Source of the DNA: Eledone cirrhosa
Lineage: Eukaryota
Reading direction: 5' to 3'
Assembly (NCBI GenBank): GCA_964016885.1
Contig: OZ024741.1
Span: 174,964,001-175,028,000 of the forward strand
DNA length: 64,000 bases
In this document: in pieces, positions 39,960 to 52,405 of the stretch
Layout: every line of letters begins with the position of its first letter
How positions within the stretch are numbered: position 1 is the stretch's first letter
Program-made: the position numbers and the translations under genes
The notes under the pieces: generated by a model
Seen by the model: the letters and a program-made list of their open reading frames with translations, nothing else
Databases searched by the model: none
Told to the model about the DNA's origin: nothing

Positions 39960-40620
39960 TGACACCTCCAAACTAGCTTCAAGATGTTTTCTCTGTAAAG
40001 ATTGTTAGTTTCTACTCTGGGACAAATAGTGCCATAGTGTTTCTGAGCAGTCTCCACAAGAATATAGAGGTGATTGTATATGACCTGTTCGTAATAAAAT
40101 GTAGTTCAACGGTATATGGCTCATTCGAAGCCCATATAGTCCTTTTTTATTGACATTATTTAGTGTCTGATACGCGTTAAACGTTGAAAGATCTGACTTT
40201 GACAATTGGGGATTCAAATTTGGGAGGTTATTTCTAGATTGTTCCCCCAATTTTCCCCATCTTTGACTAATTTGTTTTTGCGAAAGTAATCTCTATCTCT
40301 TATTTCTCTTTGTGTTCCCTCCTTTACTAATTCATCTGCCTTCCTATTTCCCCTAATATTTGTGTATCATTGTAATTTGTTTAATATTTTCTGATAGTTA
40401 TTTTTTATTGGCAAAACGCAACCCTCTACCCGACCTCTTTTTCTTGATTCAAATACATCTAGATTCGATGAGATATCAGTAAATAGAAAAGCTTTTCCCC
40501 ATGGCATTTCTTTATCCGTATCTATGGATAATATCATTCCTATCACTCTACATCAAATATTGTGAAAACTTACTGTAATCTGAAGCTCATATCTATATTA
40601 TTTTCGAAAGACAATAAACC
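39960..40620 (-). mobile_element. Degenerate RNase H-bearing LINE fragment (I-group-like)
   Basis: IRGNRKADEL and HIPLNYIL...SCGDCSETLWHYL remnants. Confidence 0.5.
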
Positions 40621-40904
40621 AATCAGCAAGGGACATTACTCTAATGAACAAGGGAGATAACTTTTAATCCTGTTTTTATCACGTTTTATTCCAAATTCAT
40701 TTTCTATATGAAGTACCGTTTGGATTGTTACGTTAATCGACATGTTCACGTTCGAATTGTTACACATTCTCCTCCTTAGTCTAATCACTGCATATTCAAG
40801 TAGATGTGTTATCTAGGTAGGCCGAAGTAGCAGAGTATTGTACCTTACATAACAATAACTGTTATATAATAACTTTTTATTGTGAGGGGTGAGTTTAGTA
40901 AGTG

Positions 40905-41315
40905 GGGTTTGTTGATCTGGAAAGAAGGATGCAGGCTATGGAGATGAGATGCTTCAGAAAGCTCCTTGACATCACCTACAGAGACCACATATCCAGTGAG
41001 GAGGTGCGAAACAGAATTTGGCAAGTAATCGAGCCCTATGAAGACCTACTGACCATTGTAAAAAAACGCAAATTGAGATAGTACAGGAACGTGACAAGAT
41101 CTTCAGGGTTTGCTAAGATTGTCCTGCAGGGAACAGTACAAGAAGAGAGAAATAGAGGCAGACAGAAAAGAGATGGGAGGACAACATTCCAGAATAGACA
41201 GACAGGAAGATGGGTGCAACCATGAGGAGGGCGGAGAGGAGAGAAAAATTGAAGTAGTTGATTGTCAGGTCATTTGTGGCGCCCCAACGGTCCACCAGAC
41301 TACGGGAAGATGAGA
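40905..41315 (+). mobile_element. RTE/BovB-like LINE 3' fragment
   Basis: QAMEMRCFRKLLDITYRDHI...LLTIVKKRKL...AKIVLQGTV. Confidence 0.8.
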
Positions 41316-42254
41316 GAGAAATGGAGTTTAATATAGACTTATGGATTGCGTTTGCCCGAGTTCATGGCTAGCATTAATTTGCTGTACATTTGTTTATGTT
41401 CCAGGTATGACAAATAGCCTTAGTTATATAAATAGTTTTTCTCACAGTAAATCCCATATAAATATATCTATTATGTCTATTTATGTGAAGACCTTCAAAT
41501 AAATGAAGATTAGCGAGTTTTCTTATACAGAGATTAATACTTCTAATAAAACTAAATAAGATTTTTAAGGAGCCTTTGTGTGGTCGTTTGATCTGACAGA
41601 AGTAGCAGTCAAACTCTTCTTAAATCATACCTCACCATTTGGCCCTCCACAAAGCCCCGGTCATATTAGGAAATGTAGTCTAAGGACAAGGTATAGTCCT
41701 GCCTCTTTCATTTCCGAAAAATAATGATGACAACCCAACTTTTCAATACTTTGGGATCGATTATCATCAATGTAACTTTGACTGAAGGGTTAAGAAGTTC
41801 GCATCGCAATAATGTGGTTTCGGGTTCGATTCCATCGCATGACAACTTAGGAAAGCGTTATATTTTTACCATCGCCGCGTGTCTACGCAAGCCTTATGAA
41901 GGAAATTTGGTTGACGGAAGTTCGCCAGATGGACTATAATTGTTATTAAAAAGGCCAACCATGTCACACAGTGTCAGCTGAACATTCCTGAGAATTACGT
42001 TAAAAGTACAGGTGTCTATGGAATGCTTAATCACTTGCTCATTAATTTGTTGAACAGGCTGTTCTCTTGAATGGAGCCTGTTCCGTTCAATTCCGTTAAA
42101 ACACAGCTTTCAACAAACGTAGTCACTGAGGAAGCCACATAATGTGTGAAGAAAGAGCTTTGACAATCAATAAATAAACAATTACCCGGTTATTAAACTA
42201 ACAGGCCGGCAAATTATAATAATAAATTGAAGCTAAACCCAAGAGGTGTGTGTG

Positions 42255-42781
42255 TTTTTATGACAGTCGCAATTTTTCCGTTAAAATCCTGTGGATGGTG
42301 CTTCGGGAAACCTCGGGAACCAAAATGCAGAGAGCATCCAGAGTGATCCGCCGATCTTTACGCATGTTTTCCTCAACCTTTGCGACTGTCTGGTCGGAAA
42401 TTGACGGTCTCCCGCTCCTTTGTTCGTCGTGAATTTCAGTACGACCGGCTGTAAACTCTCTACATCACTTGCGAACGTTTTTGACATCCATGCACGACTG
42501 TCATTACACTTCCGTCAATAGGCGATGAATTTCAATCGGCTCAACGCCTTTTACTTTCAAAAACCAAATAACTGCGTGAACTTCGCACTTGGTGGTAGCG
42601 TTCAACGGGAGCTCCATTCTCAACGGGTGCCAAGCCAAGATTAAGCATCCCAGCGAAGCGCGCGCATGCTTGTTTGGGAGTGAAGGAAGCACCAATCACA
42701 ACAGTGTTGCCAACAGCCGTACGAACAGTTTCTCTGCGTCCCCATCGCTTCGGAGACCTTACTTTTGGGATTGCCCTCGTA
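42255..42781 (-). mobile_element. mariner transposon 5' half
   Basis: TIR TACGAGGGCAATCCCAAAAGTAAG at 42758-42781; HTH-like KCEVHAVIWFLKVKGVEPIEIHRLLTEV. Confidence 0.8.
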
Positions 42782-42867
42782 TATATATATATATATATAT
42801 ATATATACGTCTAATGATTTCGGAGCAAATTCTTTCAGTGAAAGAATTTGTTCCGAAATCATTAGAC

Positions 42868-42955
42868 GTGTCCGTCGAACCTGCGGATCCAGAATCAGAC
42901 AGATCCACACAATGATCGTGTCTCGAGCTGTCCGCCGGCGAAACAATTGTAACAC
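42868..42955 (+). ncRNA. Hammerhead-like motif with variant core CCGUCGA
   Basis: gtgt-CCGTCGA-acctgcgga[loop]tccgccggc-GAAAC-AATT-GTA-acac. Confidence 0.6.
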
Positions 42956-43077
42956 ACAATAAATTGAGTTCAGATGCATCACTGATTTTTCGTTTTATAT
43001 TATATCACACTCTGCTCTGTAAGAACATAGAGTGCTCAACCGGCATACCGCCTATGGAAGCATCTTAGCTACCATCA

Positions 43078-43206
<129 letters not shown>

Positions 43207-43376
43207 TCAGGTTTGAGGTTCACCACTGGATAGAGCTGGTAAATTCCGTATGGTCAATCGCAATGTAATAATATAGAGAGTACTCAACGTAAAGCAGTTC
43301 AACCGACTATGTTTTTGTAGTTGGTGGTGCTATTACGGAGTTAAATATTATAATATTACACAAATCCAGCCTCCTG

Positions 43377-43440
<64 letters not shown>

Positions 43441-43662
43441 GGGGTAACAAATAATAGTTAAATGCAGTCCACTTAGGTATAGTCCAGTTATGGTATTCCA
43501 GGTAGTGGATGATATCAACGCTTGGCTTGGTTTGACTCAACAAGGCGTTTTCATAGTGATGCTGCGGGTATGCTGTAATTCCTATGTTGTAAACACTTGG
43601 AGTAATAATACATCAGGAAAGAAGGTTGACATGGTTTGCTATACAAAAAAGGTTTTTAATCT

Positions 43663-43775
43663 CATAGCTAACAATTGTTTCTCTGAATTGGTAGGTCTAG
43701 AGATCGCTATTCGCTTATTTTCACGTTACTCGATCGCCAATACAAAATTATAATCAGTCAGTTCTTCGGAGCATG
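43663..43775 (-). ncRNA. Hammerhead-like motif with CCGAAGA core and long stem II
   Basis: catgct-CCGAAGA-actga[~75 nt]tcaga-GAAAC-AATT-GTT-agctatg; the GUU triplet is probably decayed. Confidence 0.5.
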
Positions 43776-44034
43776 CGAGAATGAAGAGAATACACAGGCA
43801 AGAAAAGAATATACAGGCTACTATATGAAATAGTAATGGCATTCAGTTAGAACAATAACAACAATTACAACAATGCTATTAATAAATTATTTGAGGAGAC
43901 CCTGACATTACTTAGGTGGGGGGTATAATGTATCTAACATTACGGCGTGTAAAACTAGCTGTCATGAGGCAAAAGAAAGAGTTTGGAATGTACAGAGTAT
44001 CGAAGTGTGTATCAATTTTAAATTATAAAGATAA

Positions 44035-44545
44035 GTTTCTTTTATTTGCCACTAGGGCATCAAAAGTGGGACAAGTACAAAGGGGGGAGTTTACACAAAA
44101 AGGCGTCCTCAATAAGGAGGAGGCAATAACAAAATATAAAAATAAAATAAGATATAACAAAAATAAAATTTTTAACAAAATCCTCAATAGAGAGGAGGCG
44201 CCTTGGGGGGTCGCACACACCCCCGAAAAAAGTGTGCAACCCTTTTCCTCAGGAGCACAGAGAGGGGGTGCTCCCTCGTTCCTTCCTCTTTTCCACCTAC
44301 AGGCTTATGTAAAGAGAAGGCCCATTCACACGGGCCATTCTCGCCACTTTCACCCACCTTTCATAAAAACGACTGGGGTGCAGCACCTCTCTCTCCATCC
44401 TGATCCTTCTTCCGAAATGATATCGGAAGAAACGGACCAGTTGTTGGCCAGAGAGAAAGGTGCCTGACCTCAGTCCTTTCAGACGCGTCCACCATACAAC
44501 CTCTTTCGCCATGGCTATTACGCACTAAAGATAAGCCAGTGTTTA
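44035..44545 (-). mobile_element. Tx1-like LINE 3' fragment (diverged relative of 57844-63570)
   Basis: AKEVVWWTRLKGLRSG...RWVKVARMARVNGPSL plus homologous 3' UTR. Confidence 0.88.
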
Positions 44546-44997
44546 CAGTCTTTCTTTTCATCTTCAATAACATACATGAGTGGGACAACACTGTCAAAGC
44601 TAAATAGTTGTTGAGTTAATACAGAGGTTAAGGAGGTAATATACGCATATATTTATACACACACACATATATATATATACACATGCATGTGTACATAGAC
44701 ACATACATACACATCAATATACACTCGTACAAAAATATACATACATGCAAAGAGATAAGCGTGTTAATTGTAATTATGGCAAAAGGAAGGTAAAGTTACA
44801 TTGTAGTAGTGATTTGAGAAAAACTAGGATTTAGGATCAAATGATGGCAGCAGCTGAGAAGGAATAAGTTTGTGGGTTGATGAGGTACTTACAGACATTT
44901 GTGTGGTATAGACTTGTGAAGGCTAGAGTATACTTAATGAGTATATTTCTGTGGGTAGTAGGTATCCTAATTTAAAGCTATGTTGTGTTGGTTCGAT

Positions 44998-45243
44998 TCA
45001 CGGAGGTTTGAATCTTATGAATTTAGTGGCAATTCTATGTCTGCAGAAGATAGATCTTTCTAACTTATTGTTAAGTAGCCTTTTTACATTTTTGAGGATA
45101 TACAATAGCTCAAGATCACATAGCCCGCAGTGGGACATACCTGTACTATAGGTTTTAGCAGCCGACAACTTCGACCAGTTAATACTGTAGTTAGTGCTGC
45201 TGTCCTTCAGTTTCCATATTTTTTTTTGGCGAGGGTTGTGGAA
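44998..45243 (-). mobile_element. Penelope-like element GIY-YIG endonuclease C-terminal fragment
   Basis: Minus-strand translation STTLAK..IWKLKDSSTNYSINWSKLSAAKTYSTGMSHCGLCDLELLYILKNVKRLLNNKLERSIFCRHRIATKFIRFKPP* (CxLC...LN...CRH pattern). Confidence 0.75.
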
Positions 45244-45429
45244 CCCATAAGTGAGTTTTTCGAATATTAATAATTGTTTCTACGTTAGGCACAAGGCCAG
45301 CAATTACCCAGTGCATTACTGGTACTTTTCGAATATTAATAATAATATTCAATTCGTTTGCAATGATGCAAACACCCTCTTAAGTGAGTAGAACTATCTC
45401 GTCATTCTTGCTCTTGTGTTGGCATATAG

Positions 45430-45488
45430 GCAGAACGGCAGACACTAATGTTTCTGGGTGATTACCCTTCATCAGTACCGTATACTGC
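45430..45488 (-). ncRNA. Type-I hammerhead ribozyme (family B)
   Basis: acggta-CTGATGA-aGGGTaatcACCCa-GAAA-CAttagTG-TC-tgccgt; all three stems can pair. Confidence 0.78.
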
Positions 45489-45681
45489 TTACCTGCCAAC
45501 TGTCAGAGTTAGTGAAAATATATGATATTTTCTGGTATACACAGTGACTGATGGGCCTGATTTGTATATCAGCAGATAGGCCAGCCAGTTTTATGTATAC
45601 GAGCGATTAATGGCCGGCTTTGCCATAGTCAAATAACTACCAAATAGTTTTATGCACTCTACATGGGTGAATATGCTTTAA

Positions 45682-45761
<80 letters not shown>

Positions 45762-45933
45762 TTCACCCACCTATTCCTGAGAGGGTCATGGGGGCATAGC
45801 CCTTATATATATATATATAGGAAAATGTTTAACCCCAGGGGTTAAACATTTTCCTATTACCCACTCTACTACCCTAAGTATTGAGTACTCTGGTATGTTA
45901 TAGTCTATATGGTTCCTTACCACACTTCCTTCG

Positions 45934-45972
<39 letters not shown>

Positions 45973-46316
45973 AGTTTGAAGAATAGTTAGACAAAATATA
46001 TCCAATACTTTTCCTCCTTAGTCCGTAGTAATTAATTAGATAAATAATCATTTAAACGGAGCTAAGTTTAAAATGTAACTTTGAATAAATAACAGATAAA
46101 TAACAGATAAATGTCACAGACTTTCCTCCATGAGGAATAGTCTGATAAAATTTACCTATACTTTCCTCTATAATAATCAATTAAACGGAGCTAAGTCTAA
46201 AATGTAAGTTTGAAGAAAAAAATGTAGATAAACTTTACCAAAATTCTTCTCATCCCGACTATCGATAGTTTCACTCGTGCCAATGGTGTGATTTTTGAAC
46301 TTACGAATATATATAT

Positions 46317-46580
46317 ATAGTTATGTAATAAACAACATAAGATAATTATTTCATTTACCAGTGGTTTCTTGAAAGCAAAAGAAATTTGATTTCAGTCATC
46401 AGAATGAAAAAAATCGTGGTGTATTTATTGACAGTGGATTTTAAAAACCGTTTTTAAAATCCACTGTCAATAAATACACCACGATTTTTTCATTCTGATG
46501 ACTGAAAGCAAATTTCTTTTGCTTTCAAGAAACCACTGGTAAATGAAATAATTATCTTATGTTGTTTATTACATAACTAT
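46317..46580. repeat. Near-perfect palindrome (~130-bp arms) containing two opposed hammerheads
   Basis: Centre ttttaaaaac-c-gtttttaaaa at about 46449. Confidence 0.92.
46488..46548 (+). ncRNA. Type-I hammerhead ribozyme (inverted copy at 46349-46409)
   Basis: tttcatt-CTGATGA-cTGAAAGCAAAtttctTTTGCTTTCAa-GAAA-CCAcTGG-TA-aatgaaa. Confidence 0.85.
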
Positions 46581-46651
46581 TAAGCTCTGTAACCTACATA
46601 GAGCACTCTTTTTTCCTGGACTTTTCCGACGGAATTACTTCATTTATATAT

Positions 46652-47549
46652 ATACTATGAATAACGAGTTCTAAACTCAAACAGTCCTTTACAATGAAAT
46701 AGCTCAAAGAAAGAAGTATTTCTGAGCCGTGTAATACAAGTTAATATAAATTAATATATATGATAAACACAAATACCAACATATAAGTGTTTGTATTGTA
46801 AATGACTAAGTTAGCTAGATTGAAAAATACTAATTATAATAATACAGTTTGCCTGTCTCGATTTAAAATAATAAATCAATAAAAACAAATCATATTGGAA
46901 AATGGCCGTGGTACTTGGACAAATTTAAATTTCAAAATCCAAACCTGCTCCGTAGATAAGTTTAAACTTCAAAATCCAAATAAGTTTCGATAAATGAAAA
47001 AGTGAAAAAATACCAAATTCAGATCTCTTCAGCAAGTACCCTGAAAAATTGGTATGTTTCACTTCAAAATATTCAAGAAGACTGATCAACGCACATGGTT
47101 TTTCAGTGTCTAGCTGCCTCATACTCGTGCTGCTAGAAATAACAGCCGTTTTTATGGGGCTAAAAATTAGCTCGACAGAAGGAGCCGTGATACTATGAAT
47201 AACGAGTTCTAAACTCAAACAGTCCTTTACACTGAAATAGCTCAAAGAAAGAAGTATTTCTGAGCCGTGTAATACAAGTTAGTATAAATTAATATATATG
47301 ATAACCACAAATACCAACATATAAGTGTTTGTATTGTAAATGACTAAGTTAGCTTGATTGAAAAATACTAATTATAATAATACAGTTTGCCTGTCTCGAT
47401 TTAAAATAATAAATCAATAAAAACAAATCATATTGGCAAATGGCCGTGGTACTTGGACTATTTTTCAATCTAGCTAACTTAGTCATTTACAATACAAACA
47501 CTTATATGTTGGTATTTGTGTTTATCATATATATTAATTTATATTAACT

Positions 47550-47553
<4 letters not shown>
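46652..47553 (-). mobile_element. Non-coding retrozyme-like element, about 1.5 units of a 538-bp monomer plus fold-back end
   Basis: 46652-46920 is repeated at 47190-47458; inverted arm 47459-47553; (TA)n on both sides; internal hammerhead. Confidence 0.7.
46910..47040 (-). ncRNA. Hammerhead motif with 8-bp stem I and expanded stem III loop
   Basis: ggtacttg-CTGAAGA-GAT...ATC-GAAAC-[~60 nt with internal duplication]-GTC-caagtacc. Confidence 0.62.
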
Positions 47554-47625
<72 letters not shown>

Positions 47626-47702
47626 CGCGCGCACGTGTGTGTTTGTTTACGGAGTTAACTATTCTAGATGGGAATTAATTGTACCGTAGAAAATAATTTA
47701 TC

Positions 47703-48204
47703 CATGGCGCTCTCAACGAGGTCATAAAGCATGACTTAGATGCTGCAGGCTTCCCCTACTATCTCGAGCCAGCGGCACTTGAACGAAGGAACGGCAAAAA
47801 GCCAGACGGCATGACCATCTCGTTCTGCGGTGGTAAAACCCTCATCTATGATGCCAGATGCAACGACAACTTCTCCAGCTGCAACCTGGTGCAATCTGCG
47901 ACTAACCAAGGCTCTGCTGCACTTCGGGCCGAGGAGGGTAAACTCTCCAAATATCGGTCGCTTTTCAAATATCGGTAGATTTGCGGTCGAGCCCGTAGCC
48001 GTGGAGACTTCTGGTGTCCTTGGCACTCGGTCCACCTCCCCACTCACCACCATTGGCACAGAGTTGGCTAGCCGCAGGTGTGAGCCTCGTGAGCTGGAAT
48101 GGCTCTTCCAACGCGTTTTTCTCACTATCCTCCGAGGAAATTCCTTTTCTATCCTGTCCACCGGGGCCACGGAACAGCCAGCTAGCGTGTGGGCTCAAAT
48201 TTGA
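47703..48204 (+). mobile_element. CRE-clade non-LTR retrotransposon, restriction-like endonuclease (RLE) 3' fragment
   Basis: HGALNEVIK...LEPAAL...GKKPDG...YDA...AEEGKLSKY / PVAVETSGVLG...LFQRVFLTILRGNS; frameshift at the duplicated caaatatcggt. Confidence 0.8.
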
Positions 48205-48443
48205 TCACAATAGTGAGAGATTGTGATAGCGAGAGAGACGGAGGCAGTGACAGTGGGAGTTTGGTTCTGTTGTGTTCGGACCTGGGATATATGTAAATAT
48301 TTATTTAGCACACCACATTAACAGTATATTAGAGATGTATATAGATCCGACTGTAAGCCATATTAGAACTCAACGTTGACAGGTCTAATCCATAGTGGCA
48401 TGAATTATTTTTATAGTAAGTCACACATGCACTTACTCACACA

Positions 48444-48514
<71 letters not shown>

Positions 48515-48555
48515 AAGGTATATATATATATATATATACCTTTGATATATATAAA

Positions 48556-49344
<789 letters not shown>

Positions 49345-49495
49345 AGGGGGTGTAACTTGGAGTTACTGCAGGTTCACCCGGGAGAGCACTCAATGTTTAG
49401 GTTCACTTCTGTGATGAGATGTAGAGCTATACAGAGTGTAATATATTGAAAGGATAACAAGGACGATTGATTACTCCTTCATTGCATTTATTGGT

Positions 49496-49583
49496 AGGTG
49501 ACGCGCGTTTCGCCACTGATCAGCTCAAGGTTCGGTCTGTATTGATCTTACCCGACTCAATGATCGGCGGCTCGACGGACCCT
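49496..49583 (-). ncRNA. Hammerhead-like motif with variant core CCGUCGA
   Basis: ggt-CCGTCGA-gccgccgatca[...]tgatcagtggc-GAAAC-GCGC-GTC-acc. Confidence 0.6.
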
Positions 49584-49689
49584 ATAAAATGCTATAAGAA
49601 AATGAAATACATGCTATGTGGTTAAGATAGAAGATCAAGAGTTTGACAATATGAGTTGTTTTGATTGGTGGGAAGGATCAAGGGGATGT

Positions 49690-49965
49690 ACTGGCCTGTT
49701 GTGTATATGTGGGGCTGGATGTGATGATGAGATGTTGGTGACGGTCATTGGCTGTGATGGGCTGTAGTGTGGTGGTGTCGAGTTGGCCTTGGCCTGTAGT
49801 GTATGTGGGGGTGGATGTGATGATGAGATGTTGGTGACGGTCGCTGGCTGGGATGGGCTGTGGTGTGGTGGTGGCGGGTTGGCCTTGGCCTGTAGTGTAT
49901 GTGGGGGTGGATGTGATGATAAGAGGGTGGTTATGGTCGCTTACTGGGATGGGCTGTGGTGTGAG
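49690..49965. repeat. 87-bp GT-rich tandem repeat (3 units)
   Basis: Minus frame gives a repeated TTPQPIxxxDRHQHLIITSTPTYTTGQGQ. Confidence 0.85.
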
Positions 49966-50470
49966 GTTAGTGGGTTGTCGGTACACGGGTTGGCGTGTGT
50001 GGGGAGTGGTTGTGGTGTTGTTGTTTATGGTAGTGGCGTTTGTGGTGGTGTGGCGGAGGTGTTGGTGGTGTCGAGTCCATGGGGAGATACATACCTAGAC
50101 ACTCTTAGTCTGACAAATACGTTGTATCTATATACACATATGTATACATGCGCATATATACTGATAAATATACACACACACGAACACACCCGCATACACA
50201 CACACGCCCGCGCACACACATATATATATCCACACGCATACATACACACATGTATGTGCATGCGCGCGTGTGGATACATATAGGGAGAGTGGGGGAGTAT
50301 CGGTGGGGGTGGCGTAGGACAAAGATGGAGGGAAGGTGAGAGCCAGTGGAGATGGTGTTATACATATAGACATACACATACATACACACATACGTATACA
50401 TAAACATACACATACGCACACACACACGTATACACACACATACACATACACACACACATACACATACATG

Positions 50471-50534
<64 letters not shown>

Positions 50535-50572
50535 GAAAACACAAGAATCAAAGCTATGTTAGAACATTTAAT

Positions 50573-50619
50573 TGCTGACAATTGTTTCTTCCAAGCCTAG
50601 GCTTGGAATCTTCGGAGCA
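50573..50619 (-). ncRNA. Compact hammerhead motif with CCGAAGA core
   Basis: tgct-CCGAAGA-TTCCAAGCC-ta-GGCTTGGAA-GAAAC-AATT-GTC-agca. Confidence 0.72.
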
Positions 50620-51879
50620 TTATTAATAATGTTTGTACATATAATCAGCCTCCTATTCCGCTGAAGAATCATACAGATACATAGTGGACAACAGTGTGGG
50701 ATGGATGCGACATATATTATGTTATACTATAATTGTACAATAAGATTCAAAATTAAAATTAAAAGCTTTTGGTGGAGCATGTGACAGATAATACAAGAGC
50801 GTCTAGTAAATAAATAAAATTAAAGAGACAGTACGTGCGTTAGTCGTCATATATAAAGCAATTGAACAAGCAAAAGTATCAAGCATATATGAATGCTGGG
50901 TGTTGCATACAAAATACAAGCACTTAAAGCGAGTGTGTTATTATATTATGGTGGTTGCAATGCGGAGATATTTTCTGTGTAGATCAATGTGTGTGTGTAG
51001 AATAAGAAAGTTCCAGGTTTCACATCCATTACATTTGTCACGATATATTTGTATTGAGTGTCTGTTATAGTAATGGCTTGTAATGTAAAGTAACTTAGTG
51101 TTATTTAGTCCGTATCGTATACTACATTTGTAGAGCTGGGAGAATTTACTACTGTTTAATACCCGGAAGTGGGAATGGAAATAAGGGGAGCTAATGCGTA
51201 AGGGGAGGTAACTAGTTCATTATAATAATAATTAAACTCATTGTTCTAAGGGACTTTATATAGTGTTATAATTGAGGGCCTTATATAGAAACTATATATT
51301 TATATTTAATTTAATTTTAAACCCAGTCTACTCTCTCCTAATACATTAAGGTATCATTATAAAGTTGCCTATCAAATATTATAAAGTGCCATAATTGAGT
51401 TTCCCATACACATTGTTATATATTTACATTAATTTAATCTTAGATACAGTCTACCCTCCCAAAATATATCAAAGGTTTTACTAGATTGCTCTCTACCCAA
51501 TATATGGTAAGCCATGTAATACCGTATAGCTGTTTGCATGGTAAAATAGATATATCTCTAGAGTAAATAAACACATCCTTTATATACAATGTTATTAATG
51601 TTAATCCATACATTTGATTATAGATGTATACATAATTCATTGTTCCATATTGCATTAAGTTAGATAAATCCCTTATGTTACTACATTAATCCTATATATA
51701 CAATGATATTAATTTTTACATTTAATTGAAAATGTATATATAATTCATTGTTACGTTTAATATTTAAAGTTTATCCAAATTATATTTCCATCACTATATA
51801 ATTATAAGTAATCTAAGTTTACTATATTAAGAGTATAGAGTCGGCTGAATCGTCGGCTGAATAGGTCGGCTGAATTGTG

Positions 51880-52405
51880 TTAAGGATGTTTGTTAAGGAT
51901 GATTGGGGATATAGATGCGTAGTAGTTCGTAATGTCCAATTGGACTAATCGAACATTCGACTTAGTTTCAATGGAACAAAACCAGTCTATTACCTCCTTT
52001 GTACAAGACCATAGGTTGAGTTTAGTTCTATTTCTAAGTTCAGGTATAATTCGGTCAATGATTGATTTGCTAAGTCTACCTAGGTCCGATTTAGACGGGA
52101 CTATGAGCCTGACCGGTAGTTTTGACTGGAAGTCCGGTTTATGGTCTTTAATAGATAGTCTCGGTGTCCTAGGGTTGTAGGGATGAGTCCTTTCGTCAAT
52201 ACTCAGTTCGGTCATTATTGTTTTCGCCTGTTTGTTTATGTGTGCTAGGTTTTCTTGTGTTGATGTTTTGAATATTTTAGCGATTTCGTTTGTAATGCAT
52301 TTGTTGTAAGTTTTGTACTCCAAATTGTATAGGTTTCCTGTTTTATCGGCTGGTACGATGATGCCAGGGCTATTCCTGACCTTTTTTTTTACAGTAGAGG
52401 CGAGC
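51880..52405 (-). mobile_element. Penelope-like element reverse transcriptase fragment (Naiad-type)
   Basis: VPADKTGNLY...IKDHKPDF...RLIVPSKSDLGRLSK...VIDWF...LDITNYYASIS (RT up to motif A). Confidence 0.8.

Noticed and set aside
44998-45243. Selenocysteine recoding, reported for some Naiad PLEs
   Set aside because: The CxxC and CRH cysteines here use TGC/TGT codons, and I could not identify a SECIS by eye.
46925-47245. 106-aa ORF inside the 538-bp unit
   Set aside because: No recognisable motifs and not preserved in the 509-bp paralog.
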